Source: Macrostomum lignano
Taxonomy: Eukaryota
Assembly (NCBI GenBank): GCA_002269645.1
Contig: NIVC01002858.1
Coordinates: forward strand, 62,001 to 126,000
DNA length: 64,000 bases
Direction: 5' to 3'
Shown piece by piece: positions 47,240-58,200 of the stretch (the stretch's first letter is position 1; each line of letters opens with the position of its first letter). The notes below the pieces were generated by a model, which did no database searches, was not told where the DNA came from, and worked only from the letters and a program-made list of their open reading frames with translations. Made by a program: the position numbers and the translations under genes.

Positions 47240-48820
47240 TTATCCATGAATCACCCCTGAACCACCTGAGAGAATGACTCCTGAACCACCTGAGAGAATG
47301 ACCCCTAAACCACCTGAGAGTATCACCCCTGAACCACCTGAAAGAATGACTCCTAAACCACCTGAGAGAATCACCCCTGAACCACCTGAGAGAAGCACCA
47401 TTGAACCGCCTGAGAGAACCCCCCTAAACCACCTGAGAGAATCACTCCTGAACCACCTGAGAGTATCACCCCTGAACCACCTGAGAGAATGAATCCTGAA
47501 CCACCTGAGAGAATGACTCCTAAACCACCTGAGAGAATGACTCCTGAACCACCTGAGAGAATGACTCCTAAACCACCTGAGAGAATGACTCCTGAACCAC
47601 CTGAGAGAATGACTCCTAAACCACCTGAGAGAATGACTCCTAAGCCACCTGAGAGAATGACCCCTGAACCACCTGAGAGAATCACCCCTAAACCACCTGA
47701 GAGAATCACCCCTAAACCACCTGAGAGAATCCCCCCTAAACCACCCGAGAGAATGAATCCTGAATAAACTGAGAAAACACGCCTGAACCACCTGAGAGAA
47801 TCACCCCTAAACCACCTGAGAGAATCACCCCTAAACCACCTGAGAGAATCCCCCCTAAACCACCCGAGAGAATGAATCCTGAATAAACTGAGAAAACACA
47901 CCTGAACCACCTAATAGAATCACGCCTGAACCACCTGAGAGAATGACCCCTGAACCACCTGAGAGAATGACCCCTAAGCCACCTGAGAGAATGACCCCTA
48001 AGCCACCTGAGAGAATGACCCCTAAGCCACCTGAGAGAATGACCCCTAAGCCACCTGAGAGAATGACCCCTAAGCCACCTGAGAGAATGACCCCTAAGCC
48101 ACCTGAGAGAATGACCCCTAAGCCACCTGAGAGAATGACCCCTAAGCCACCTGAGAGAATGACCCCTAAGCCACCTGAGAGAATGACCCCTAAGCCACCT
48201 GAGAGAATGATCCCTAAGCCACCTGAGAGAATGACCCCTAAGCCACCTGAGAGAATGACCCCTAAGCCACCTGAGAGAATGACCCCTAAGCCACCTGAGA
48301 GAATGACCCCTAAGCCACCTGAGAGAATGACCCCTAAGCCACCTGAGAGAATGACCCCTAAGCCACCTGAGAGAATGACCCCTAAGCCACCTGAGAGAAT
48401 CACCCCTAAGCCACCTGAGAGAATGACCCCTAAGCCACCTGAGAGAATGACCCCTAAGCCACCTGAGAGAATGACTCGTAAACCACCTGAGAGAATGACT
48501 CCTGAACCACCTGAGAGAATGACTCCTAAACCACCTGAGAGAATGACCCCTGAACCACCTGAGAGAATCACCCCTGAACCACCTGAGAGAAGCACCATTG
48601 AACCGCCTGAGAGAACCCCCCTAAACCACCTGAGAGAATCACCCCTGAACCACCTGAGAGAATCACCCTGAACCACCTGAGAGAATCACCCCTAAACCAT
48701 CTGAGAGAAACCCCCCTAAACCACCCGAGAGAATGAATCCTGAATAAACTGAGAAAACACACCTGAACCACCTAATAGAATCACGCCTGAACCACCTGAG
48801 AGAATGACTCCTGAACTGAG
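47240..48820. repeat. 24-bp minisatellite (CCACCTGAGAGAATGACCCCTAAG) between SSNA1 and the UBXN10-like gene
   Basis: Explains the MTPKPPER and GGLGVILS ORFs. Confidence 0.96.
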
Positions 48821-48936
48821 TCAGTTCTGCTGACTCAACAATTAGAAAGCGATTTCTACAACATAACATTTCTGCTTGTAAAGTTTCGAGCTTTTAAAAG
48901 CGACCCAGAAGAAATTGTCACAAAGTTTTTGATGCG

Positions 48937-49587
48937 ATGTCGGCCGCTTCCCGCGATTTGCAGCTGCGAAGCGGACAGGCCAGTCGGACCTCAGCCTTGG
49001 CGATGCAGTCTCTTCCCAATAGGTTCGATCGCTTCGGCATTATTCCCATTGCGGCGCCAAAGAAGCCGTCCAGACCGCGGGTTCCTCAACCGTCCCACCC
49101 GTCGCCCAGAGCCGCCCCGACCTCGCCTCTGCCACTGGCTCAGCCGGTGAGGCGACGGTCCAGCTTGGACCAGTCGCGGCCTGAACGACCTTTGTCGGCT
49201 CAAAAGTACAATGTACTGCCGGATATTGCGCAACAGAAAGAACAAAACATTCATAGAGAGCAGCACCCAACATCGCACGAAAAACAAGCGCAGAAACAAT
49301 TAGCTAGCAAGCAAGAGCAGTTGCTTTACCTGGCGATTCGAACTCCAGACGGTGCGCGTCGTCAGTGCAGCTATTCGTCCGACACGCAGCTGGGCGTCCT
49401 CTGTCGGGACGTGCGCAGCGGCGAGAGAGCTGACTCTGCAAAGCTGAGCTTGAGTAGCGAACCGCTGGAGGTTGTGTCACCAGCGGACAGGGTCACATTT
49501 GGTGAAGCTGACATGACAAAGACTTTGCAACAATTGGGCATTACCGATCGCTCATTGTTGGTTCTGCAGCGGACCGCGTTTGACTAA
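48937..49587 (+). CDS. UBXN10: UBX-domain protein, UBXN10-like, 216 aa
   Basis: Pro/Ser-rich N-terminus, KYNVLPDI motif (compare UBXN10 KYPVLPSI), and a C-terminal UBX-like domain LYLAIRTPDG...DMTKTLQQLGITDRSLLVL. A possible upstream exon is not excluded. Confidence 0.75.
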   Translation: MSAASRDLQLRSGQASRTSALAMQSLPNRFDRFGIIPIAAPKKPSRPRVPQPSHPSPRAAPTSPLPLAQPVRRRSSLDQSRPERPLSAQKYNVLPDIAQQKEQNIHREQHPTSHEKQAQKQLASKQEQLLYLAIRTPDGARRQCSYSSDTQLGVLCRDVRSGERADSAKLSLSSEPLEVVSPADRVTFGEADMTKTLQQLGITDRSLLVLQRTAFD

Positions 49588-50758
49588 ATCCAAACACCGT
49601 CTCCACTCCTCTGCTGTGAGTGACCTCTGCAGTCAGCTGATCCAATCCAAACACCGTCTCCACTCCTCTCTGCTGTGAGTGACCTCTGCAGTCAGCTGAT
49701 CCAATCCAAACACCGTCTCCACTCCTCTCTGCTGTGAGTGACCTCTGCAGTCAGCTGATCCAATCCAAACACCGTCTCCACTCCTCTGCTGTGAGTGACC
49801 TCTGCAGTCAGCTGATCCAATCCAAACACCGTCTCCACTCCTCTGCTGTGAGTGACCTCTGCAGTCAGCTGATCCAATCCAAACACCGTCTCCACTCCTC
49901 TCTGCTGTGAGTGACCTCTGCAGTCAGCTGATCCAATCCAAACACCGTCTCCACTCCTCTCTGCTGTGAGTGACCTCTGCAGTCAGCTGATCCAATCCAA
50001 ACACCGTCTCCACTCCTCTCTGCTGTGAGTGACCTCTGCAGTCAGCTGATCCAATCCAAACACCGTCTCCACTCCTCTCTGCTGTGAGTGACCTCTGCAG
50101 TCAGCTGATCCAATCCAAACACCGTCTCCACTCCTCTCTGCTGTGAGTGACCTCTGCAGTCAGCTGATCCAATCCAAACACCGTCTCCACTCCTCTGCTG
50201 TGAGTGACCTCTGCAGTCAGCTGATCCAATCCAAACACCGTCTCCACTCCTCTCTGCTGTGAGTGACCTCTGCAGTCAGCTGATCCAATCCAAACACCGT
50301 CTCCACTCCTCTCTGCTGTGAGTGACCTCTGCAGTCAGCTGATCCAATCCAAACACCGTCTCCACTCCTCTCTGCTGTGAGTGACCTCTGCAGTCAGCTG
50401 ATCCAATCCAAACACCGTCTCCACTCCTCTCTGCTGTGAGTGACCTCTGCAGTCAGCTGATCCAATCCAAACACCGTCTCCACTCCTCTCTGCTGTGAGT
50501 GACCTCTGCAGTCAGCTGATCCAATCCAAACACCGTCTCCACTCCTCTGCTGTGAGTGACCTCTGCAGTCAGCTGATCCAATCCAAACACCGTCTCCACT
50601 CCTCTCTGCTGTGAGTGACCTCTGCAGTCAGCTGATCCAATCCAAACACCGTCTCCACTCCTCTCTGCTGTGAGTGACCTCTGCAGTCAGCTGATCCAAT
50701 CCAAACACCGTCTCCACTCCTCTGCTGTGAGTGACCTCTGCAGTCAGCTGATCCAATC
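49586..50758. repeat. 52/54-bp minisatellite starting at the UBX gene stop codon
   Basis: ATCCAAACACCGTCTCCACTCCTCT(CT)GCTGTGAGTGACCTCTGCAGTCAGCTGATCCA units. Confidence 0.97.
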
Positions 50759-51984
50759 GACCTCATCAGAAACCCACTGTAGTCCCAGAAAAATATTTTT
50801 GAATGAACTTTGAACAAAACACAATCTACTGTATTGCTTCACTACATCTTCTAATGCTGTCACCCTTCCTAAAAAATATAGAGCTTGTGACTGTTTGCTA
50901 ACGAAATTGCTAGCAAATAATTTCACGGGCTGAAAGCAGTTTTGTGTTTATAAGTCCAAACTGAAATGACACAAGTGCCTTTTGTTCGGACGTTATATTT
51001 GTAGTTTTGTATTTCAGTTGGTTGACGAATTTTATTCAATTCATTGTTGTTGTTCTTAGATTCTATTTTTTTGAAATTTGCTTTGTAGAAAATTACACGA
51101 TAAAATCAATGCAGAAATTCGAGTTGGAATGCATAAAAGTTGTATTTTTAGTTGAAAAAAACAAAAACATATTGCAAATAACAAAAAGCGTTCTTAAATA
51201 CCAGGATTTTTTCACAGCATTTTTAACATTTTTTTATTTAAGTTTAGTCTAAGCTGAATGAGTTGAAAGTGTTATAACTGGAAAGTTGAAAAATATATAC
51301 GAGTGGTGTTCCATAATTATTTTCCGTTTTGAGTATAGCTCAGACTGTAGAGGTCAGATTGCATTGGACTTTTATCTATGCTTTTGACACCAAAGTGACA
51401 TCAAAGTGTGAAGCCAGCTCTGCGCTAACAGAGTTTATGCCATAGACATCTGCCCTCGGTTTACAAAAATCAAAGTCTGCAAAAAACTGAATTTTGTGTT
51501 GGCGTTAAAAGTGCAAGAAGAAGAAGCTTCTCTCATAATCTTAACGTACTTTTAAAGAAACTCGACTGCCCAAAAGGTTTGCAGCATATCAGCAACTTTT
51601 GCTGTCTCTGTTGACGTCTGTCTTTTTGATTTCCGGTCACAATGGCACTGCAGAGTTTGTCATTTCAGACGCTTTCACTGTAAAAGTATGGAATTTTGCG
51701 CAGAGTAGATATTCTCTAATGATGCTGGTGTCAAAAGAAGCACACAAAAAAGCTCCAGAATCAGACCTCTGCAGCATGAGCTACTCAGTGTTAAATACTT
51801 AAAAAGGAAAATACTTACGGAACACCCCTCGTATCACACAGGGTCCGAATTTGGCTCAGTAGATGTTGACTTCACAGCCTCGTTTCCTGCAAATTACAGG
51901 GTTATACACGCAATGTTTATAAGATTTATGATCGTGTTTGCTTTGCGTCAGCTTTGAATATCTCACCTTCTTGACTTGGGAGAA

Positions 51985-52392
51985 GTGGGTTGCTACAGGT
52001 GGAGATGACGGGATGCTCAAGCCATAGGAGAAGTGTTTTGCTACAGGTGGAGATGACGGCATGCTCAATCCATAGGAGAAGTGGGTTGCTACAGGTGGAG
52101 ATGACGGGATGCTCAAGCCATGGGAGAAGTGGGTTGCTACAGGTGGAGATGACGGCATGCTCAATCCATAGGAGAAGTGGGTTGCTACAGGTGGAGATGA
52201 CGGGATGCTCAAGCCATGGGAGAAGTGGATTGCTACAGGCGGAGATGACGGGATGCTCAAGCCATGGGAGAAGTGGGTTGCTACAGGCGGAGATGACGGG
52301 ATGCTCAAGCCATGGGAGAAGTGGGTTTCTACGGATGGAGATGACGGGATGCTCAAGCCATGGGAGAAGTGGATTGCTACAGGCGGAGATGT
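51985..52392. repeat. 48-bp minisatellite, ~8 copies
   Basis: GGAGAAGTGGGTTGCTACAGGTGGAGATGACGGGATGCTCAAGCCATG-like units. Confidence 0.93.
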
Positions 52393-52998
52393 TTCAGCTG
52401 TTTTAATCGTTCAGTAAATTTGTTGGAAAAATATTTCTCAGCTATTATTGGGACGAGCAAAGCATCTGGGGAGCATGCAATCCCTTCTTGCCTGTCTCCT
52501 TGTGTCTTTGATTTCGCAAAGCTTTCAAGCTTGCAGGCGTTGAGAATTTTGCACCTGCGACCAAATTATTTTGCTGATGATTTTGCTCAATCTTCTGCAA
52601 GGCTTTACAGAAAATAGTGACTTTACTGTCAGATGGGACTGCTCATTGCTAAGGTTATGCTTTCAACTCGTGTAGACCAGCGGCCCTGGCTGGAATCCTG
52701 GCGCACACAGTGCAGTGTACATGACTAACGATAAATGAAACCCGGGCCGCCGTACACTCCTGTGAGTGTGTGCCTGTAGGTATGACTGTGTACGTATCTG
52801 CACGCTTGTTTGCCTGCTCAGAGGAGTCGGCGGAATGGGCAGCAATGCCTCTCGCCGGTTGTGCGACAATGTCGCTTAAAGTGCGCCAGAGTCTCAGCCT
52901 CAGCATGTTTCATTTGTCATTTAAAAATCACCGAGACTTCGCTGTGAAAAATTGAGGAACCAGACGCGAACCCACTTGCACTGCTGGGCAGTTGGCTG

Positions 52999-53351
52999 TC
53001 AGCGAACTTTCCTGGCGACCATTGGCAGGATTGATGGATGCCGTACATTCCAGCAGCTGGTTTCGTCTGGTGCACCGCCGGCCCCCGCTGAGCTGGCGGT
53101 CGCTTCTGACCGTCGGCGTTGATGCTGGAAATGTCTACGCGCCGCATCCGTTTCGTCAGCAGCCTGGCGTACCGCCGTCATCAGGGCGGCCAAGTTACGC
53201 CACAGCCGTCTGCGTCGGCGAATACGCAGGCAGCGGCGCAGACAGGTGCCAAAGAGCAGCGCCAGTCCGATTGGTGCCAGCAAGAGGGCGCTGATGGCCA
53301 CCCGACTCAGCGTGCGGCTCAGCGCTTTGGACCAGAAATTCGTTTCCAGAT
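52999..53351 (-). CDS. Possible exon of a single-pass membrane protein
   Basis: Acceptor atttcag|AT at 53351. The frame reads DLETNFWSKALSRTLSRVAISALLLAPIGLALLFGTCLRRCLRIRRRRR: a hydrophobic helix followed by a basic stop-transfer cluster. GC-rich like the real exons here. No upstream exon was established. Confidence 0.4.
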
Positions 53352-53858
53352 CTGAAATATTAAATACATGTCGCTAAGTTTATAATTCGGCTTAACTATT
53401 CCAACTAAGCGTAGTTCTTTTCAAACGCATTTACTTGGTGTACGATGTCTTTATCGAGCCAGACATTTTCAATAGTCTGACATTCTCTACACAACATGCT
53501 TTCTAGATGCATTCTAGTGAAACAGCTTTTAATTTTGGGCATTTAGACTTTTTACACTCCCTGCTCTAATTGATCAAACAAACCGCAGACAACCTACGTC
53601 GACTTACCTGACATTTTCAAGGTGATTTTTGTCAACAGATCCAGTTTTTCTTGTCAGGCAAACAGCTCAAAACCGACACCCAGGCCATTTTAAAGACATT
53701 GTAAGACATATTTTGAACAACCAATCATCTTAGACATAGAAAAAGTGTTTAGTTTTATTATTTCTGAATTTGACTGTCTACTTTCAGTAGAACACCGGCA
53801 GTTTGGTGCTGTTTTTGGATAGATTGATAGATCTCCCGAATCTGTGCATTCAATAGTG

Positions 53859-54837
53859 TGTAGTGCATGCGCCCTTGTCAGTTGGCAGGGCGCGTTGCAC
53901 TTTGGGGCTGGTTGGGGGGGTTGGCGGGCGTGGCAGGGTATGGCCGCCGGCCGGGCTTTGCGCGTGCCCCTCCCCAGCCGTGCCCCTGCCCCGTGCTCAG
54001 GGCTGGTTGGCTGCGGCCGGGCCAGCTTTGGCGCGGGTGCAGCCCCTCCCCCCTTAGGCGGGGTTTTGATTGGCTGGGCCGGCGTGGTTTGTTTTGGTGA
54101 GCTTAGCCGGTGGGGCCATCGGCCCCAGGGTTTGGGTATTATTTAATGCGGCTCTAGGCCTTGCTCACGCCCTTCTCTCTGTTTCTCGGTTTCTCTGTTT
54201 CTCTGTTAGTCCTGTTTGTGCTATTTTGTGTTTTGTGTGCTCCGTGGTTGCAAGCGTGAGACTTTGCTTAAGTAAGAAACAGCGACATTAGCTACCTACG
54301 ATAAAACAAACCCGAGAGCTCAATTGAGAAGTTAGTCTTTAAAAAGAATCTTGGAGAATTGAGAAGAAGTTAGAAGCCGCGTTTGACACCTACGAGCCAA
54401 TCAACAAACGTGCGAACCTGCGAACCTGCGCTTGAGACCTACGAGCAATAAACGGTGAACAGTCATTTGGCCACTGGTAAGCCGCCGGCTGTTTGAGTCC
54501 TTTCTTTTCGGGAAGCTTGCTAGGCTGAGTTCTTGCCAGAGCGTCATAACGCCGGGAGATCATATAGCTTTTGTAGTACTGTACCGTTTACCCTATATAT
54601 TGCGTACACCCTACGGTATAGAGACTAGAAGCACTCGAGAGTGTCACCACATCTCGAGCCGCAGCGTGAACTCTGAGTGTCACAACACCAGAGGGATCGA
54701 ACTATTATCGCAGAGCGTCGTCACGCCTGCTCGTCGTATTCATAAAAGTACAGACAGAGCGTCACAACGCCTGTTATATCACATATAATATATATTGTAC
54801 TCGGGACTGGGCACCCAAACCGACCCGGGTTACAACA
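53859..54837 (+). mobile_element. Probable solo LTR (~980 bp)
   Basis: Begins TGTAG and ends TTACAACA, with AGTG on both sides (4-bp TSD). Internally: a GC-rich U3-like region with ATTGG, TATA-like TATTATTTAA (~54136) and AATAAA (~54447). No coding remnant. Confidence 0.5.
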
Positions 54838-55287
54838 AGTGTACTAACGAGTGCCTGCTTAAGATACTCAAGCAGAGTCTGGCTGCTAACTCTAATAGAG
54901 TTGAGCGTCACATGCAACAGCAGCTTACACAGGTTCTGTAACCCGCCTATATTCACGCAGGGTGTGGACGAATAACCTGTGAGAATTAGGCTCAAGTAAA
55001 AGCTCAACAGCTGCAGAGTTTAACATTTCGCGCTAATTGTCGAACCATCAGTCACTTGTACTTTTATTTTATCACTGCTTGCACTCAGACTCAGAGGAAG
55101 GGTCAGAGACTATAAAGCAAGCATGCACTGTACATGCAGGGACGAACTGCAGCGTCTATGGCTAAACACTTCTGCTGCATAAAAAGACGCGAGGCTCGAC
55201 TGCGGCTCCCAGCTCAACTTTTGACAAACCAAGGACCCATTCAATACTTAATAAAGAAGTTCGATATAGCAAAATAAATCCTGCATC

Positions 55288-58200
55288 ATGCTGTGCTCAG
55301 CACTGACTCTGATAATCCTTGTGACTGCTCAGGAATTCTACGAAGCCAAAGGTAAGAGATTTGGTGTCTCAGAATTGACCTGTGATTGTGTGATGTCGCG
55401 ACTTCTCAGGCATATTTTTAATTCACCTTCACTTGTCTCAGCTTGCTCTGTTTTCTCTCCCGTCTGTCTTGTTCAGTCTTGTTATTTTCTCTCTTTCCCT
55501 CGCTGCCCTCTGATTGGCTCATTGCTCTCGCCTTCCTCTCGTCGCGAACTATTACGTGTGCTAATGCTGAGCAGTCTGCAAAAGTGACCTGTGATTGTGT
55601 GCTATTGGCACTGGCATCCCTCTGTTTTCTCGCCCTCTGTGTTTCTCTCCCTCTGTTTTCTCTCCCTCTGTTTTCTCTTTCTCTCCCTCTGTTTTCTCTT
55701 TCTCTCCCTCTGTTTTCTCTTTCTCTCCCTCTGTTTTCTCTCCCTCTGTTTTCTCTCCCTCTGTTTTCTCTCCCTCTGTTTTCTCTTTCTCTCCCTCTGT
55801 TTTCTCTTTCTCTCCCTCTGTTTTCTCTCCCTCTGTTTTCTCTCCCTCTGTTTTCTCTCCCTCTGTTTTCTCTTTCTCTCCCTCTGTTTTCTCTCCCTCT
55901 GTTTTCTCTCCCTCTGTTTTCTCGCCCTCTTCTGTTTTCTCTCCCTCTGTTTTCTCGCCCTCTTCTGTTTTCTCTCCCTCTGTTTTCTCTCCCTCTGTTT
56001 TCTCTCCCTCTGTTTTCTCGCCCTCTTCTGTTTTCTCTCCCTCTGTTTTCTCTCCCTCTGTTTTCTCTCCCTCTGTTTTCTCTCCCTCTGTTTTCTCTTT
56101 CTCTCCCTCTGTTTTCTCTTTCTCTCCCTCTGTTTTCTCTCCCTCTGTTTTCTCTTTCTCTCCCTCTGTTTTCTCTCCCTCTGTTTTCTCTCCCTCTGTT
56201 TTCTCGCCCTCTGTTTTCTCGCCCTCTTCTGTTTTCTCTCCCTCTGTTTTCTCTCCCTCTGTTTTCTCTCCCTCTGTTTTCTCTCCCTCTGTTTTCACGC
56301 CCTTTTCTGTTTTCTCTCCCTCTGTTTTCTCTCCCTCTGTTTTCTCTTTCTCTCCCTCTGTTTTCTCTCCCTCTGTTTTCTCTCCCTCTGTTTTCTCTCC
56401 CTCTGTTTTCGCTTTCCCTCTCTCGCTGCCCTCTAACTGGCTCTTGATCCCGCCCTTTTCTCGTCGCGGACTATACATGTGTTACGAATGATTCTGAGCA
56501 GTCTGCAAAACCGACCTGTGAAGTCATAAGCTTATAAAACACTATCACAACCTGTGAATTTCAGGTTCACCCATAAATCTGGAGCCCATGATTCCCGGTA
56601 AGTCTTGCTGGCTCTGCTGCAACATTCACATTCTTAGCTTAACCTTTGTCCTGTCACTGTCTGCTTTTAATTCAAGCGCCTTCGAAGGGATGCCACCAAT
56701 GGAGCCCGAAGGACGCCCTTCTCGACATGGAGGTTAAAGAAGACTTCGACCGCATGAGCCAAGGAGTCTGCGCTACTCACTGCTTGATGCGCAAAAAGAA
56801 ATACTTTGGCCTGGCTGATGGTCGACGGTGCTTCTGTGGAGATCAAATCGATAGCAAAACAATTGTTCCCAAGTTGGACTGCAACGTTCCATGTTTCAAT
56901 TTTTCTGACGTTGAAAAGTGCGGCGGTAGTTCTGCCATGGAAGTATTCGATCTGGTGCCGGTTCCGAAAAACCACTCCGGCCAAAGCGCTCTGGATGTCT
57001 ACGAACCTGAAGGTGAGAAATTTAAGTGCATCAGAATCGACCTTTTATCGTGTGCTAATATTGAGCAGTCTGCAAAACCGACCTGTGATTGTGTGCAATA
57101 ACTAATCAGTCTGCAAAACCAAACTGTGATTGTGTGCAATAACTAATCAGTCTGCAAAACTGACCTGTGATTGTGTGCAATAACTAATCAGTCTACAAAA
57201 CCGACCTGTCATTGTGTGCAATAACTAATCAGTCTTAGGAATGATGAGTCTGTCACATTATGAAGACTATTCAAGATTCTTTTATTTGTCAAGCTCAAAT
57301 GTTCTGTAGCCAGCTAGTGAACTTTTATTGACAAAATATTGAACTTTTTCAAAGCTTACAACAGTTTGTGAAGAGCTTGTAAGACTAAGAGCTAATGGTA
57401 TAGTTGTCATATAAAACGCCATAAAAACCTCATGAATTTCAGGTGCACCCATCGATATGCAGCCAATGATTCCCGGTAAGTCTTGCTAGCTCTGCTTCAT
57501 CATTCGCATTCCTTTTTTTGCCTAACTTTCGTCCATTTTTCATTTAAGCGCCTTCAAAGGGATGCTACGTTTGGGGGAATCATTATTACGTTCTTGATAG
57601 AGAGATCAAAGAAGACTTCAAATACATGAGCCAACGAGTCTGCGCCTCTCACTGCTTGATGGAATTAGGATCTAAATACTTTGGCCTGGCTGATGGTAGA
57701 CTGTGCTTCTGTGGAAATAAAATCCATAGCAAAATAATTGTTCCCAAGTTGGACTGCAACGTTCCATGTTTCAATTTTTCTGACGTTGAAAAGTGCGGCG
57801 GTAGTTCTGCCATGGAAGTATTCGATCTGGTGCCGGTTCCGAAAAACCACTCCGGCCAAAGCGCTCTGGATGTCTACGAACCTGAAGGTGAGAAATTTAA
57901 GTGCATCAGAATCGACCTTTTATCGTGTGCTAATATTGAGCAGTCTGCAAAACCGACCTGTGATTGTGTGCAATAACTAATCAGTCTGCAAAACCAAACT
58001 GTGATTGTGTGCAATAACTAATCAGTCTGCAAAACTGACCTGTGATTGTGTGCAATAACTAATCAGTCTGCAAAACCGACCTGTGATTGTGTGCAATAAC
58101 TAATCAGTCTGCAAAACCGACCTGTGATTGTGTGCAATAACTAATCAGTCTGCAAAACCAAACTGTGATTGTGTGCAATAACTAATCAGTCTGCAAAACC

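Noticed and set aside
47240-48869. MTPKPPER and GGLGVILS ORFs
   Set aside because: 24-bp repeat open on both strands, with frame changes between blocks.
55443-56491. KTEGE and FSLPL ORFs
   Set aside because: CT-rich repeat within intron 1 of the WSC gene.
57013-57101. C-terminal 'GEKFKCIRIDLLSCANIEQSAKPTCDCVQ' tails as separate WSC genes
   Set aside because: These are read-through past a good GAAG|gtgag donor into intron. The modules lack their own signal exon and splice in phase into a single gene.
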